64,000 bases of DNA, taken from NCBI RefSeq assembly GCF_006345805.1, contig NC_043020.1, forward strand, positions 5,208,001 to 5,272,000. The letters are read 5' to 3'. Positions 1 through 12,104 of this stretch are shown here, piece by piece; position 1 is the first letter of the stretch, and each line of letters begins with the position of its first letter. The notes under the pieces were generated by a model. That model made no database searches. It saw nothing but the letters and a program-made list of their open reading frames with translations, and was not told where the DNA came from. The DNA is from Octopus sinensis. Lineage: Eukaryota. The position numbers and the translations under genes are program-made.

Positions 1-133
1 ACACACATGCACACGCACACACACACACACATACACACGCGCACACACACACACACACACACACCACCATCGCCCTTGTCTCCAGAAGCTCTAGATCTGG
101 ATATATTGAATTATTTACAAAGTTCTTAGCAGC

Positions 134-1327
134 TTAGGTTTTGGGATTTGATCTGAGAGAACGGTATTTATCTCTGTGGAAGTTGGAGCACTGAGAGAAT
201 TTACTTTTACACACCGACAACGGAACGTCCTTGTTGCTAAGGAACACTTTATTCAACCAGTGTCTGAGTTGACCACCGGTCAAGGCTAGTTTACAGTCTT
301 TTACATCCGCCTCACCAAACTTGGCAACAGCAACCGAAAATATGAAACCGGTCATGAAAGCGTCAAACCCAGACGAATGTCCACAAGGGGCTGATTTTGT
401 ATTTTTTGGGGATTCTATGCTGTGAGAACTGCCCAGCTTTTCATCTTTGGGGACAGCGCTACTTATGAGAGAATCGGTAATTGCTCTTATTTCCTCTAAC
501 ATATCAGGTGAAGACTGTCTGGAATCAGGTTGCAGACTTTCTTCCAGTTCACCATTGACTTGACGGTGGGGACTGTCACTTGTTGTTGCTGCTGCTGCTG
601 TAGTTGTTGTTGATGATGTCAATGACGTTGTTGATGTCAATGACGGTGCTGATGTCAATGACGTTGTTGATGTCAATGATGCTGTTGATGTCAATGACGT
701 TGTTGATGTCAATGACGGTGTTGATGTCAATGACGTTGTTGATGTCAAAGATGCTGTTGATGTCAATGACGTTGTTGATGTCAATGACGGTGTTGATGTC
801 AATGACGTTGTTGATGTCAAAGATGCTGTTGATGTCAATGACGTTGTTGATGTCAATGACGTTGTTGATGTCAATGATGCTGTTGATGTCAATGACGTTG
901 TTGATGTCAATGACGTTGATGCCAATGACGTTGTTGATGCCAATGGCATTGCTGGTGTCAATGACGTTGTTGATGTCACCGCTGTCGTCACCGTTTCCTC
1001 AATGTCCATTGCGTGTGATGAACTGCCATTGCTTAGTTCTTCAGAGACTCTGCAACTACCATTATCACAGTCACTAGCATCCGACAAGCCTTCCCTGTCG
1101 CCGCCGTCCGATGGACGCACGTGCTTTGCAGGTGATGCATCGTCCTCATCCGATGCCAAGTTTTTGGTCGCAAGAAGCGCCGAAGCCATGCGTTTCTTCT
1201 GTTTCCGTTCACGTTTCCTCTTCTTTTTCACCTCTATCTTCAGCAGATTGTGTTCGTCAAGATCCAGGATCAAATCCACATCATGACTTTTTGTACACTT
1301 ACGCCCACTGCGACACCAACCATGAGC
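134..1327 (-). CDS. TOE1: TOE1 terminal coding exon: rest of CCCH finger, basic NLS, Ser/Thr repeat, C-terminal DEDDh segment
   Basis: ORF 134..1372; acceptor tttctgtgttcag; AHGWCRSGRKCTKSHDVDLILD, KKKRKRERKQKKR, GHSSGFDAFMTG (H-x4-D), NKVFLSNKDVPL; stop TAA at 136-134. Confidence 0.93.
   Translation of the reverse strand, partial: AHGWCRSGRKCTKSHDVDLILDLDEHNLLKIEVKKKRKRERKQKKRMASALLATKNLASDEDDASPAKHVRPSDGGDREGLSDASDCDNGSCRVSEELSNGSSSHAMDIEETVTTAVTSTTSLTPAMPLASTTSLASTSLTSTTSLTSTASLTSTTSLTSTTSLTSTASLTSTTSLTSTPSLTSTTSLTSTASLTSTTSLTSTPSLTSTTSLTSTASLTSTTSLTSAPSLTSTTSLTSSTTTTAAAATTSDSPHRQVNGELEESLQPDSRQSSPDMLEEIRAITDSLISSAVPKDEKLGSSHSIESPKNTKSAPCGHSSGFDAFMTGFIFSVAVAKFGEADVKDCKLALTGGQLRHWLNKVFLSNKDVPLSVCKSKFSQCSNFHRDKYRSLRSNPKT
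604..968 (-). repeat. Coding 18-bp tandem repeat encoding (TSTTSL)n
   Basis: + strand unit gatgtcaatgacgttgtt; 16 near-perfect hexapeptide units plus about 4 degenerate ones. Confidence 0.95.
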
Positions 1328-2804
1328 CTGAACACAGAAAAAAAAAAAAGGATAAAAGAAAATTAAAAACAAATTAAAAAGCAGACATAATAAAAGACAT
1401 AAATTTATTTATTTAATTAACTCAAATTTTCAAGATGATTCGTTAATTAGAAGTTCTGATTTCAAATCCACACCTAATTTCTCTTTAACTTTTACTCGTT
1501 TCAGTCACTGGACTGTGGCCAGGCTGGGGCACCACTCTGAAGAGTTTAGTCAAACAGAGCAATCCCATTATTTGCTTTTTAAGTCTTGTACTTATTCTGT
1601 CGATCTCTTTTGCCAAACTGCTAAGTTATGGAGAAGTTGACAAACCAAGAATGGTTGTTAAGCTGGTGGAGGAGGGGGCAAAAAATCGGTCATTAGACTG
1701 CAGCCATGCTGGGGCACCACTTTGGATTCTTAGTCAAATGAATCAGCCCCAGGATTTATTTTTTAAGCTTGGTACTTATTCTATCAGTCTCTTTTGCTGA
1801 ACTGCTAAGTTATAGGGACGCAAACACACCAACACCAGTTGTCAAGAGGTGATTGGAGGACAAACACAGATACAAACACATACACACACACACACATCTA
1901 TATACAACGGGCTTCTATTCAGTTTCCGTCTACCAAATCCACGCACAAGGTTTTGGTCGACCCAAAGTCATAGTAGAAGACACTTGCCCAAGGTGCCGTG
2001 CAGTGGGACTGAACCGGGAACCATGTGGTTGGGAAGCAAGCTTCTTACCACCCAACCACATCTATTATTTTGCTAAATTCTTCATTCTTTTTGAAATTAA
2101 TTGAAACCAAGACAGAGCGTTTCCACAGGATTATGGTATCAAAAGGGTTAAAGTCATTTGAACAGATGCATAACAATACTAAATGTCTCTTGGTGCATTC
2201 TGTAATTTTAAGGGACACGGCAGGGAGCAGCTATCCATTATTTGGTCTATTATGCTCCTAAATACACCACCATTCATCTAAAATAATTCCCAGTGCATTT
2301 CTGGACCACAGAACACTCAGCGTAGAAGAATTATTTTCCTATTATGTTGACAAAAGAACAAATTTTTAGCCATTTGTGAAAGACAGAATTCCATATGAGT
2401 TCAAGACATACATACATACATACATACATAGACACACTTGCAGACACGCACATATATACGGATGCATAGAGGGATAGAGACAAACAGAGAGATACATATA
2501 TACGCATGTGTGTGCGTGTATAGATAGGTATATGTGTGTGTGTGTGTGTGCGTATATATAGATATATATATGTATATCATCATCATCATCATCATCATCA
2601 TTTAACGTCCGCTTTCCATGTGTATGTATATAGATATATATATATATATATATATATACAGATAGATATATGTATATATATATATGTGTGTGTATATACA
2701 TATGGATATATGTATACGTATATATATATAGATATATGTGTGTGTATATATATAGATATATGTGCGTGTGTATATATATATATATACGTATATATATAGA
2801 TATA

Positions 2805-2839
<35 letters not shown>

Positions 2840-2840
2840 C

Positions 2841-2872
<32 letters not shown>

Positions 2873-3508
2873 TAAAAGGACAGATAGATAGATGGACAAA
2901 GAAATAGATACATAGACAAACAAACAGGTACGTAGGTAGGTAAATAAATAGATAAAAAGACATGTAGATAGGTAGATAGAGAGAAAGTGAAAATGAGAAA
3001 GAGAGAAAAACTGAGTGACTGATTTTTGGTCTTTTAATTTTTCTTTTTTTTTCCAAAAAAAACTTTCACCACAGGAAAGTAATTTTCAACCATTCATGAA
3101 ATGGACAGAACACATGAATGACGTCAATACACACACGCACACATGCACACACATGCAAACATGCACACACACACACACACACACACACACGTATCTACAA
3201 AGAAAGAAAAGCCATTTCCATCTGCATTCTAACTTTGAAGTAAATTGCGCATAAGTGGTTGTGTACCTGTATGTGTGTGTCTATGCATAAATACATATGT
3301 GTGTGTGTGTGCGTGTGTTATTATATATATATATATGTATGTATATATAATGTTGTAATGAAAAGCACAAGTCTTGGGAAATAATACAGCTACCCAGGGT
3401 TTCTTAGTCAAAACAATTTATTCCACCATTTTACAAGCTGAGAACACAACCATTTGTCAGTTGCTTTTTAAGTAGATGACGTTTGAATAAGGAACATTCC
3501 TACACACA

Positions 3509-3547
<39 letters not shown>

Positions 3548-4374
3548 TATATATTAATAAAAAGAATTCCAACCGTGTCTGATTTTCACGTTTTATTTAC
3601 AATCTTATAATGATATATTATAAGATAATATATTATAATTGAATAAAATAAAATGAAATAGTAGAATGTTAAATGTTCATTCTGATTGAACTAGTACTTT
3701 CATGCATTGAATTCTGCAATCTTCGGGTTCATGTAGTAGTGTTGACAGTCATGCTTCACAATTTTTGACTGTGGCAAGATGATTGATTCTGTGCTATAAA
3801 TACAGCTGAGTAGGCTCCAGAGTGCTAGGTTTTGCAAACTGTATTCTGACCAATCAGTGTGTAGTATCACTGAATTACTTAAGCTGATTGGTTGGTTGAG
3901 CTGATTGGTTTAGGCATCACGCTTCGTTGGACATGTCAAGAGTCCTGTATCTTGACCCTGGCCTAAGCAGCAATTGTTGGGTTATTTTTAGAAATGTTGT
4001 AAATAGCCTTTGTCAGGGATTTTTATATTTCAATTGTCATCATCATCATCATTGTCAGCACCTTAATTATTGTTGCTAGTGGTGATGGTGGTGGCAATAG
4101 AACTTTTAACCCTAAATAAGATCATTTTCCTGCTATCTTCATCTTCATCACCTTTAGTATTGTTGTTGTTGTTAGTGGTCATGGTCGTAGCAGTAGAAGT
4201 AGTACCTCTAAGTATTATTATTATTGCTTATTTAGCTTGGGTTCGAATTTATCAATAAAACTCTTTTCTCTGATTTTCCTCTCGATTTCACTTGGGCTGT
4301 GTAATTTGTAGAATGGAAATATTATATATATTTTCCGACCACATGTTGCTAGGTGGTTACTCAAATATATATAT

Positions 4375-4784
4375 CTTTTTTCTTATTTTTATAAGAATGC
4401 CATATTAGTATGGCGATAACTAATATTTTCCGGGAACGCTGCCGCTGTTCTCTTTTAGAGAGACTTAGTTATTTTAATATTTCTATTATTGAAAACAAGT
4501 GGATGTATTCCACCGAAACTAGGTAAATAAAATCATCGAACAGAGATTGTCGGAAGCGACACCTACTGGCTGGCTACGCTGCATTGAAAAGGGGCAATAC
4601 CCCGAAACGCGTCTGTAGCTGCCGGTCAAGTAGTGTGGAGCGACTGACCTCCCTTGTTCGAAGGTTATATGGATACAGTTTGTGTATCAAATAGCTAACT
4701 TAAGGCGATGGCCTCATGGAGCTAATAAGCGGACAGCTTTTTTCTTATTTTTATAAGAATGCCATATTAGTATGGCGATAACTA
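4375..4784 (+). mobile_element. 362-bp unit bounded by 48-bp direct repeats, containing a minimal hammerhead (Penelope pLTR or retrozyme-like)
   Basis: Identical 48-mer at 4375-4422 and 4737-4784; hammerhead motif at 4578-4619; both ends abut TA-rich sequence. Confidence 0.6.
4578..4619 (+). ncRNA. Minimal type I hammerhead ribozyme motif (U3:A8 variant)
   Basis: GCTGCA-TTGAAAA-GGGG caata CCCC-GAAAC GC GTC-TGTAGC: 6-bp stem I, 4-bp stem II, palindromic ACGCGT helix III, GUC cleavage triplet. Confidence 0.7.
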
Positions 4785-5099
4785 TTATATATTATCTATA
4801 TATATCTATATATATATATCTATATATTAATATCTATCTATCTATATATCTATATATATATAGATCTATCTATCTATATATCTATATATATATATATCTA
4901 TTATTATATATATATATATATATATAGCTATATATATATAGATATATATATATCTAATATATATTATATCTATATATATAATATACTATATAATATCTAT
5001 GGATATATAATTATCTATCTATATATATATATATCTCTATCTATATATATATATATCTATCTATATATATATATATCTATCTATATATATATATATCTA

Positions 5100-5134
<35 letters not shown>

Positions 5135-6078
5135 ATATATATCTATCTATATATATATATAATCTATATATATCTATCTATATATATATATATATCAGAC
5201 CCCTCCTAGCATATTAGCTGGTCCTTCAACCATATTATCACCTATTTATCTCCCCTTATTTCGCTCTCGCGTCTCATGTTTGATCTTTGACCTCTGGCCG
5301 AAATCAGAGCTATGCACGCATTTTTTTTCTCTCTCTTCTTTCTGTATTTTTTTTCTCTGTGTATCTTCTGTTGAGAGCGTAGGCTCAAAACGTTAAAGAC
5401 TTGTTTTATTATATTTCCTGAGCGCCATACTAATACAATTGTTCGTTTGTTTTCCACCTGCCTTCGTCTTTTCTATTTTCATAAAGCTTCCCGTTATATA
5501 TATATATATCTATATATATCTATCTTATATAATATATATATAATATCTATCTATATATATATATATATCTATATAATCTATCTATATATATATATATATA
5601 TATCTATTTATATCTATTATATATATATATATCTATATATATCTCTCTATATATATATATATATATCTATATATATCTATCTATCTATCTATCTATCTAT
5701 ATATATAATATTATCTATCTATCTATCTATATATATATATCTATCTATCTATATATATATATATATCTCATCTATCTATTATATATTATATTCTATCTCT
5801 CTATCTATCTATATATATCTATCTATCTATCTTATATCTATATATATCATCTATCTATCTTTATCTATATTATATATATATTATTATAGTATATATATAT
5901 CCTATCTCTATCTATTATCTATATATCATATATATATATATTATAATATATATATCTATCTATATATCATCTATATATAATATAATATCTATCTATCTAT
6001 ATATCTATATATATCTATCTATCTATATATCTATCTATATATCTATATATATCTATATATCTATCTATCTATCTATAT

Positions 6079-6109
<31 letters not shown>

Positions 6110-6112
6110 CTA

Positions 6113-6151
<39 letters not shown>

Positions 6152-6300
6152 ATATATATATATAATATATATATTATATAATATATATATATATATCTAT
6201 ATATATATATATATATATATCTATATATTATATATAATATATCTATATATATATATATCTATATCTATATATATATATATATATATAATATATATCACAT
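4785..6300. repeat. Large compound (TA)n/(TATC)n microsatellite, interrupted by a non-microsatellite segment at about 5197-5490
   Basis: Direct reading; source of the Y/I-rich spurious ORFs. Confidence 0.95.
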
Positions 6301-6309
6301 ATCATCATC

Positions 6310-6860
6310 ATCATCATCATCATTTAGCGTCCGTTTTCCATGCTAGCATGGGTTGGACGGTTTCAACTGGGGTCGGGAGCCCGATGCTGCACCAGGCCAG
6401 TCAGATCTGGCATGTTTCTACAGCTGGATGCCCTTCCTAACGCCAACCACTCCGAGAGTGTAGTGGGTGATTTTTGTGCCACCGACACAGGTGCCAGACG
6501 AGGCTGGCGAACGGCCACGCTCGATGGTTTTTTATGTGCCACCGACACAGGTGCCAGACGAGGCTGGCAGACGGCCACGCTCGGATGGTGTTTTTATTGC
6601 CACCGACACAGGTCCAGATGAGGCTGGCAGGTGCCAGACGAGGCTGGCAGACGGCCACGCTCGGATGGTGTTTTTATGTGCCACCGACACAGGTGCCAGA
6701 TGAGGCTGGCGGACGGCCACGATCGGATGGTTTTGTTACGTCCCCCAAAGCACGGAGGCCAGTCTATGCGGTACTGGCTACGGCCACGTTCGGATGATTT
6801 TCTTGTGTCCACCGGCACTGGTACCCACAGATACAAATTCCATTTATGCTCATCTATTTT
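6310..6860 (-). mobile_element. SINE with (GAT)n tail and internally amplified ~60-bp subrepeats
   Basis: catcatcatttagcgtccgttttccatgctagcatggg tail; cagctggatgcccttcctaacgccaacc core; repeated gtgccaccgacacaggtgccagacgaggctggc. The same family recurs at about 10120, 15085, 18440, 20500 and 23050. Confidence 0.8.
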
Positions 6861-6861
6861 G

Positions 6862-7822
6862 ATATCGGGTGTACCACAGGGATCTGTCCTTGGTCCCCTC
6901 CTGTTTGTGGCATACATTAATGACATAGATGCCAATTTAAAGAATGTCACAGTATTGAAATATGCAGACGACATCAAGCTGTACCTTGAAATCAAGAGGA
7001 CTGATCCTGATGTCTACAACTCTTTCCTGCAATCAGACCAAGACACAATGCAGCAATGGATCACAGACTGGCAACTGAAACTGGCTGTGGACAAGTGTAC
7101 CACCATGCATTTTGGGAGAAAAAACCCTGCGTCCACATACTCCCTCCACAACACTGATATCAAGAAATCCTCTTGCGAGCGTGACCTAGGCATCACTGTC
7201 AGCAGAGATTTGCGTTGGACAAAGCATATCTCTAAAATTGTCAAGAAGGCCGAGGGTGTCTTGGCATCACTCAGCAAGACTTTTGTTAGCCGCTCTCCAG
7301 CCATCTATTTAAAACTGTATACAGCTATGGTACGACCACACTTGGAATTCGCATCATCAGTTTGGAATCCCTATCTTGCTCAGAACATTGACCTCCTGGA
7401 ATCTGTCCAGAGACGTGCAACCAAACGCATACCCTCCATCAGACACCTACCATATTCTGAGCGCCTTGTTTCCCTGGGCATGGATTCACTGAAGCTCCGG
7501 CGTCTGGCGACGGACTTGGTAAACACCCACAAGGTTATCAACCACCTCACCAACAACAACACTGAACACCTTTTTGATCTCCATGTGTCTAACACACGTG
7601 GACATGCCTACAAAGTCAGAAAACAATACAGCTCCCATGACTTTCGGAAACATTTTTTCACGCTCAGAGTTGCTGAAGCATGGAATAAACTGCCTGCGTC
7701 AGTTGTTGACTGCCATGACACTGCATCCTTTAAGGCCCTCATGCTTTCCGAAATCCACCGAAACTACACCTGATTATATATACACTTTAGATGAGTTGTA
7801 GTACACCTGAGCACTGTATACA

Positions 7823-7830
<8 letters not shown>
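6862..7830 (+). mobile_element. 5'-truncated CR1/L2-clade-like LINE with an uninterrupted RT C-terminal ORF
   Basis: ORF to TGA 7773 with GVPQGSVLGPLLFVAYINDI, YADD, ERDLG and HLEFASSVWNPY...LESVQRRATK; short 3' UTR ending in (TTA)n. Confidence 0.9.
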
Positions 7831-7898
<68 letters not shown>

Positions 7899-8117
7899 CA
7901 TATATACATACATATATATATACATATATATATACATATATACATACATATATATATACATATATACATACATATATACATACATATATATATATATATA
8001 TACATACATATATACATATATATATATACATACATACATACATACATATATATATACAAACATACATACATACATATATATATACATACATATATACATA
8101 CATATATATATACATAC

Positions 8118-8150
<33 letters not shown>

Positions 8151-8234
8151 CATACATATATATATACATACATATATATATATACATACATATATACATA
8201 CATATACATATATATACACACATCTACACATATG

Positions 8235-8278
<44 letters not shown>

Positions 8279-8330
8279 ACCATATATATGTATTATATAT
8301 GTACATATATATATATACAAATTTATTATT
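7830..8330. repeat. (TATACA/TA)n microsatellite
   Basis: Direct reading. Confidence 0.95.
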
Positions 8331-8512
8331 CTTAAATAAGATTGAATATATGACTGTGTGGTAAGAAGCTTGCTTACCAACCACATGGTTCCGGGTTCAG
8401 TCCCACTGCATGACACTTTGGGCAAGTGTCTTCTACTATAGCCTCGGGCCGACCAAAGCCTTGTGAGTGGATTTGGTGGATGGAAACTGGAAGCCTGTCA
8501 GACACACGCACG

Positions 8513-8546
<34 letters not shown>

Positions 8547-8807
8547 CATATGTATATATATATATTTTGTTTTTTTTGTTTTTTGTTTTTCCAGTTTCAG
8601 CTCTTGAGCTGTGGCCATGCTGGGGCACCGCCATTGTGGTGAAAGAGTACAGCAGGGATCACCATCCCCTGCCGGAGCCTCGTAGAGCTTTTTTTAGGTG
8701 TTTTCGCTCAATAAACACACACAACGCCCGGTCTGAGAATCGAAACCGCGATCTTGCGACCGCGAGTCCGCTGCCCTAACCACTAGGCCATTGCACCTCT
8801 ATATATG

Positions 8808-8840
<33 letters not shown>

Positions 8841-9542
8841 GTATAAGAATTAAAGGAGTGTCAGTTAAGTTGTGATAAAGTCTAAGTGATGGGGCAGAGA
8901 GAGAGGTAGTAGTATGGAATGAAGAATTTAGGAATATAGATTAGGTGGTTCGACAAGTCAGTGCTTAGTAGTAGAAGAAAATATATATGTGAAGATGTAT
9001 ACATATGTACAGCTCTCCAGCACTGCTAAATAAACATAATGAGGCACTAAGCAGATGCAACCACCGCTTTTTTCAGACATTCAAATTCTACCACAAATCC
9101 AAATGCCTAAACGACTATACAGTATATTTCCACAATAACCCTTAGGTAATCCCTATAAATCTACATTTTAACTCTTAATCCCTATCTAATTCCTCACTCA
9201 TACTCGAGTATCACAACCATTTAATTATATTTGTGTGTATATGTATGCATGTGTATGTGTGAATGTATGTATGTATGTAAAGTATATATACCTGCATAAG
9301 CAGGGGCAATACATACAGATACACCTATATATAGGTGTGCATGTGTACATATACACACGAGTATGAGTTGTATATGTAGATATTGATATGTATAAACATC
9401 TGTATAAATATATATATATATATATACATGTCTAATATATACATATGCATAGATATATATATATATACATATATATATTTATATACATACATATATATAT
9501 TTATATACATATATACATTTACATATATATATACACAAGCAC

Positions 9543-9573
<31 letters not shown>

Positions 9574-9696
9574 TACATATATATATTTTTTTCATTTTTT
9601 TTCTCTAGTTTCAGCTCAGAGCTGCGGCCATGCTGATGCACCGCCGTTAAAATTTTAAGCAAAAATTGGAACGTACAACATAGTCATACAATCCAC

Positions 9697-9763
9697 TGCC
9701 CCCAGTGAGATTCGAACTCACGACCCCTGGTTTACGAGACCAGTGCTCTAAACCACTGAGCTA
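9697..9763 (-). pseudogene. 5'-truncated tRNA-Thr(CGT)
   Basis: Minus strand TAGCTCAGTGGTTTAGAGC (D arm/A box), CTGGT-CT CGT AA-ACCAG anticodon arm, GTGAG TTCGAAT CTCAC T arm, TGGGGGCA 3' acceptor strand. The 5' acceptor strand is replaced by (TA)n. Confidence 0.7.
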
Positions 9764-10063
9764 TATATATATATATATACATATATATATACGCACACAT
9801 AAATATACACACACACACATACACAGGGTGCAGCAGAAGTAACACCCTTTTGTATTTGAGTTTTCCAGTTTCTAATTGAGCTTCTTTTTCATTTCCTAAA
9901 ACTTCTGCAATTATTTTCATTAGTTTATTATTCAATTCTTTAATTAATGCAAAAAATTTGTGTCCCCAAAAAAAAACTACTTAATAAACATTTATATACT
10001 ATAGAAGTTATCAAATGCAAAAAGTGTGTCACTTCTGCCACACCCTGTAAGTATATGTGTATG

Positions 10064-10120
<57 letters not shown>

Positions 10121-10737
10121 TCATCATCATTTAACGTCCGCTTTCCATGCTGGCATGGGTTGGACGATTTGACTGAGGTCTGGCGAACCAGACTCCAATC
10201 TGATCTGGCAGAGTTTCTACAGCTGGATGCCCTTCCTAATGCCAACCACTCCGAGAGTGTAGTGGGTGCTTTTACGTGCCACCAGCACGAGGGCCAGTTT
10301 GGTGGTACTGGCAACGCCCACGCCCAAATGGTGCTTTTTATGTGCCACCTGCACAGGAGCCAGTCCAGAGGCACTGGATATGTACACGACAGGCTTCTTT
10401 CAGTTTCCACCTACCAAATCCACTGAAAGGGCTTTGGTTGGTGTGAAAACACTTGCGCAAGGTGCCACGCAGTGGGACTGAACCCAGAACCAGGTGGTTG
10501 GGAAGCAAGCTTCTTATCATACAGCCACGCCTGCCCCTATGTCCGCATAAATTGGTAAACTAGACCAATAGCAGAAATACCAGTCTTAAAATATAAGTAC
10601 CTGGATCGATCAGTTTATCGAAACTCTTCAAGGCAGTGCCCCAGCATGGCCGCAGTCCAATGACTGTAGCAAGTAAAGAATAGATATGCAAATAAATATA
10701 CAAAGAGCCAAGTAAGAAGCCAGGAACGAATACGTAC

Positions 10738-10912
10738 AGCAAACATTTCGCAGGCAGTCTTGCAGAGTTTCTGTGTAATTTCTGAAGAATTTCTCTTCTG
10801 CCATCCGAAATAACTGTAAGTCACGTCGGAACATTTGTTCTGGTAGTCGAGGAAAGATGTCGACACGAAGCTGTTGTTAACGTGGATGCTGCTTTTGTTG
10901 TTGTCACGAATA
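10738..10912 (-). CDS. TOE1: TOE1 coding exon 5 (C-IRDNNKSS...KLCKTACEMFA), first Cys of the CCCH zinc finger
   Basis: Within ORF 10615..10947; acceptor acccacag, donor GTACGT; 175 nt keeps frame; joins exon 6 to give C-x8-C-x5-C-x3-H (CEMFAAHGWCRSGRKCTKSH). Confidence 0.88.
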
Positions 10913-11765
10913 CTGTGGGTCCACAAACACAAGGGGACATAAAACAAAAATAGAAAAATAATAAAAAATAATAAAATAAAATAAAAATTAAATTAAATTA
11001 AAATAATAAAAAATACAATTTAAAAATGTTTTTTTTTTAAATGTTTACAAGCAAGGTTATGTGGCTAAGATGCAGGTTACCCAACCATTTGGTCTTGGGT
11101 TCAATTCCGCTGCACGGCACCTTGGGGCAATTGTCTTTTACGACACAAGATTGCCTCTTCTAATGGCCCCCCTCCCCTCTAAAAAATTCCTTGCCTTGCA
11201 AAGTCACTTGGTGACCCCTGCCAGTGCTGGTGCCAAGTGAAAGGCATCCAGTCTACACTCTAAAGTGGTTGGCATTTGGAAGGGCATCCAGATGTGAAAA
11301 CCATGCCAAAACTGACCTCGTGTGTGCCGGTGTCATGTAAAAAGAACAAAAAATATATATATATATATATACCTATCCCATGCCAGTATGGAAAGCAGGT
11401 GCTTGATGATGATAATGATATATATGAAACAACTGCAACATGGGGATGTAAACACACCAACACCAGTTGTCTAGCAGTGGTGGAGGACAAACACAAACAC
11501 ACACATATATATATGTATGTATACAAAGGTCTTCTTTCAGTTTCCGTCTACCAAATCCACTCACAAGGCTTTGGTCGGCCTGAGGTTATAGTAGAAGACA
11601 CTTGCCCAAGGTGCCACGCAGTGGGACTGAACCCAGAACCATGTGGTTGGGAAGCAAGCTTCTTACCACACAGCCACATGCAAGTAATTAAAAATAAAAA
11701 AAAGTTAACAAGTAAAACAATCAAATAGAAATTAGTAAGAAAGAACAATTAAGATTAAATCTCAC

Positions 11766-12028
11766 CATTTCTTGAAAACATAGAGCAAATACGAAGCCGA
11801 CATCCTCATTACATATTCAATGAGATATTTTGTGTCAAAGATCCCAGCTGAAAACATTTCGGATAGATTCGAGACAAAAGTGTTAAACTTCAGCGGCAGA
11901 TCACAGTAGAAATTCTGATGCAAGAATACCAAATCAATGATGCCATTGTGTAAGACTATTGGCACGTTGGCGAGAAGAATTTCATTGAAAAGATCCCTTA
12001 CTGACGGTTTACTGATGTCATGGTGATC
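11766..12028 (-). CDS. TOE1: TOE1 coding exon 4 (DHHDISKPSVRDLF...VLHNGIIDLVFLHQNFYCDLP...GIFDTKYLIEYVMRMSASYLLYVFKK)
   Basis: ORF 11762..12112; acceptor tttcag, donor GTGAG; HNG.ID catalytic motif and DTKY motif. Confidence 0.93.
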
Positions 12029-12104
12029 CTGAAAGACAAACACAGACAGAGGTGAGAGAGGATTTAGTGAATATTCACTGCAAAGTGTATCATATGCTGG
12101 GGCC

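Noticed and set aside
604-1077. + strand 157-aa Met/Leu-rich ORF
   Set aside because: It is the antisense reading of the TOE1 18-bp repeat; no independent gene evidence.
7774-8425. Long Y/I/M/C-rich ORFs (also near 2600-3050, 5447-5980, 49233-49775, 53994-54705)
   Set aside because: Translations of TA/CA/TAGA microsatellites.
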